DNA of 64,000 nucleotides from Felis catus. Its lineage: Eukaryota. Positions 61,555 through 64,000 of this stretch are shown piece by piece (the stretch's first letter is position 1; each line of letters opens with the position of its first letter). Made by a program: the position numbers and the translations under genes. Where the stretch lies: assembly GCF_018350175.1 (NCBI RefSeq), contig NC_058383.1, positions 21,020,001 through 21,084,000 on the forward strand. The letters are read 5' to 3'. The notes under the pieces are model-generated. The model was not told where the DNA came from. It saw only the letters and a program-made list of their open reading frames with translations, and ran no database searches.

Positions 61555-61900
61555 GCACGATGATGAATGTCCACCTACAGGTGAAAATCAATGAAGCTTA
61601 GGGAGCGAACCCTCCTTGCCTCTTCGGGTTCCTGGTGTCTCCGGCTGCTCCTTGGATAGCGAGTGCGTAAGGCCGGCCACTGCTTTTGTTTCTGTGGCCT
61701 TTGCCTCCAGGTCCGCGACTTCTCCTCTCCTGCCTTTAATGGAGACATTTGTCACTGGATTTAGGTCCCACATGGGTCACCCGGAATGATCGCATCTCAA
61801 GATCTTTAACTTAATTATATCTGCAAAGACTCTTTTCCTAAAGAAAGTAACCTTCATGGGGGGTGGACATTAAGACTTGGACATATCTTTTGGGGGGGGG
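61555..61900 (-). mobile_element. MLT1C-like LTR
   Basis: CACTGGATTTAGGTCCCAC..CATCTCAAGATCTTTAACTTAATTATATCTGCAAAGAC. Confidence 0.85.
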
Positions 61901-62012
61901 GGACATATCTTTTACAAGGATGAAATTACATCGGTGCATGTACAGCCATTAGCACAATGTCTGCTGCGCAGTAAGGTCTCCAAGACGGAAGCTTAAAACA
62001 TTTTTAAAAGAT

Positions 62013-62218
62013 GGGGCGCCCGGGGGGCTCAGTCGGTGGAGCGGCCGACCTCGGCTCAGGTCATGATCTCACGGTTCACGAGTTCGAGCCCCGAGCCGGG
62101 CTCCACGCGGACAGCTCGGAGCCTGGCGCCTGCTTCGGATTCTGCGTCTCCCTCTCTCTCTCTGAGCATCCTCTCTCTCTCTCTCTCTCTCAAAAATAAA
62201 TAAACATTAAGAAAAATT
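62013..62218 (+). mobile_element. Can-SINE
   Basis: TSD TTAAAACATT. Confidence 0.93.
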
Positions 62219-62464
62219 TAAAACATTATAAAGAAGCTAGTCATGGTAAATGGTGGGAATAGTATTCAAACTAGGATATGCCTGGTCCTAAACCCATGTT
62301 CTTTTTATTGTACCATAAAATATGGAGCAGGGGCTCTGGGACACTTACGCGATCTATTTTCTCTGCACAGAATGCTTCCTCCAAATCCTTAATCCTTCTG
62401 TGGCTGGAAGCAGCTGCTTCTGCTCCCTCCTCCTTCTCCTCCTCCTCCTTCTGCTCTTCCCTTC

Positions 62465-62850
62465 AGTAAAGTCTCTATTGAGCCAAAATTCACATATCAT
62501 ACAATTTGCCTATTTAAAGTGTACAATTCGGGCACCTGAGTGGTCCAGTGGGGTAAGCGTCCGACTTGATTTCAGCTCAGGCCAGGATCTCACCGTTCAC
62601 GAGTTCGAGCCCCGCGTGGGGCTCTGTGCTGAGTGCACGAAGCCTGCTTGGAATGCCTTCTCTTCTCTCTGTCCTTCCCCTGCTCTCTCTCTCTCTCTCT
62701 CTCATAAATAAACAAACATTTTAAAATATGCAATTCAATGGTTGTCAGTATATTCACAAAGTGATGTGACCTTCACCACAATTTTAGAACCTTTTTATCC
62801 CTACCCCCCCCCCAAAAAACTCTGTACCCATTAGCAGTCACCCACCTTGC
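62465..62850 (-). mobile_element. L1MB 3' end interrupted by a SINE
   Basis: AATTCACATATCATACAATTTGCCTATTTAAAGTGTACAATTC; CTGTACCCATTAGCAGTCAC. Confidence 0.8.
62530..62722 (+). mobile_element. Can-SINE
   Basis: Head, CT tract, tail. Confidence 0.9.
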
Positions 62851-62972
62851 TCGTGGGTTCGAGCCCCACGTCTGTGCTGACGGTTCAGAGCCTGAAGTCT
62901 GCTTCAAGTTCTGTGTCTCCCTCTCTCTCTCTGTCTCTCTCTCAAAAATGAATAAACGTTAAAAAAATTAAA
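62850..62972 (+). mobile_element. 5'-truncated Can-SINE
   Basis: Starts near the B box GGTTCGAGCCC. Confidence 0.85.
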
Positions 62973-62976
62973 ATAT

Positions 62977-63172
62977 CTTTTATTATATTAGAGAGAGAGA
63001 GTATGTGAATGAGGGACAGGGGCAGAGGAAGAGAGGGAGAGACAGAGAAAGAAAGAATTCTAAGGAGGCTCCATGCTCCGTGCGGAGCTCAGGGCTTGAT
63101 CCCACACCCCTGCGATCATGACCTGAGCCAAAATCAAGAGTCTGACAACCGACTGAGCCATTCAGGTGGCCC
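62977..63172 (-). mobile_element. Older Can-SINE
   Basis: Reverse SINEC. Confidence 0.85.
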
Positions 63173-63175
63173 TCC

Positions 63176-63312
63176 TTTTTTTTTTTTTTTTAAAGTAGGC
63201 TCCACGCCCAATACAAAGCCCAATGCAATGCTGGAACTCACAACCCTGAGATCAAGACCTGAGCTGAGATCGAGTCAGATGATTAACTGACTGAGCCACC
63301 CGGGAGCCCCCA
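63176..63312 (-). mobile_element. Short older Can-SINE variant
   Basis: Same type as 15645-15776. Confidence 0.85.
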
Positions 63313-63320
63313 ATTTCTGT

Positions 63321-63541
63321 TTTTTTTTTTAATTTTTTAATGTTTATTTTTGAGAGAGAGAGAGACAGACAGAGCATGAGCAGAGGAGGGGCAGAGAGAG
63401 AGGGAGACACAGAATCGGAAGCAGGCTCCAGGCTCTGAGCTGTCAGCACGGGGCCCGACGCGGGGCTCGAACTCACAACCTGTGAGGTCATGACCTGAGC
63501 CGAAGTCGGACACTTAACCGACTGAGCCACCCAGGCGCCCC
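63321..63541 (-). mobile_element. Can-SINE
   Basis: Full-length reverse SINEC. Confidence 0.95.
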
Positions 63542-63589
63542 TCTCTGTTTTTTTTCTACTACTACTTGTGCTAACTTCCTAACTTCCCC

Positions 63590-63810
63590 AGGTCCCTCTG
63601 CATCATTCTCCTCATAGCTTTTATGTTTCTGAAATTGTATTTACTTATTGGAATGCCTGCCTATTTTCTGTCTGAGCTAGACGAGAAGCACTCTGAGGGC
63701 AGAAGCTTGTCTGTTACGCTCACTGTTCCTTCCCCAGGGCCTGAGGGGGGGAAAAAAAGTCCTTTACCCAAAGTAGACACTTGATAAATATTTTACGTGA
63801 CTGAATATAA
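63590..63810 (+). mobile_element. L2 3' end
   Basis: CTAGACGAGAAGCACTCTGAGGGCAG..GTAGACACTTGATAAATATTT. Confidence 0.75.
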
Positions 63811-64000
63811 GATCGGTATTATACGGTCTCAGAAAAAAGGCAGGACTTCAAGGGACAACATGTTAGCCAAGAGAAACCTGCAGGATTGATTCGGTCGTTT
63901 ATTTACTCGCTCCCCAAAAGTCAGGTTTAGAAGCGATCCCTGCAAGTATCCTTTCTCACCTGGAACCCCTGCGCTGGGCATTCTGGGAAAGCAGGTGCGC

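Noticed and set aside
60915..61574. 219-aa minus-strand ORF
   Set aside because: No recognisable domain; long ORFs arise by chance in GC-rich DNA, and it begins at an MLT1 edge.

Overview
Mammalian (felid, most likely cat-like) non-coding DNA, either intergenic or deep intronic. The lineage call rests on about 40 tRNA-Lys-derived Can-SINEs of feline SINEC_Fc type and on carnivore/feline L1 3' ends. Much of the window is transposon-derived: Can-SINE, L1, L2, MIR, L3, MLT1/MLT2/LTR16, ERV1 solo LTRs, and Tigger2/MER5/MER58/MER102/MER20B DNA transposons. I can support no cellular protein-coding gene, RNA gene or CRISPR array. The ORF track is explained by SINE/L1 translations, microsatellites and chance ORFs; the only recognisable protein is a fragment of the L1 ORF2p C-terminus. 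I found no convincing new biological system. The most notable signals are: a strictly phased but highly diverged 17-bp tandem array carrying MAF-type motifs (27.6-27.9 kb); a 228-bp locally templated insertion (41.1 kb copied to 42.4 kb); two further unexplained local duplications; three L1s with twin-priming-type 5' inversions; a young gammaretroviral-type solo LTR; and several unique motif-dense stretches, including a possible TATA promoter with an ATG|GTGAGT first exon near 60.4 kb. Repeat family names come from recalled consensus sequences, not a database search, and the boundaries of old repeats are approximate.
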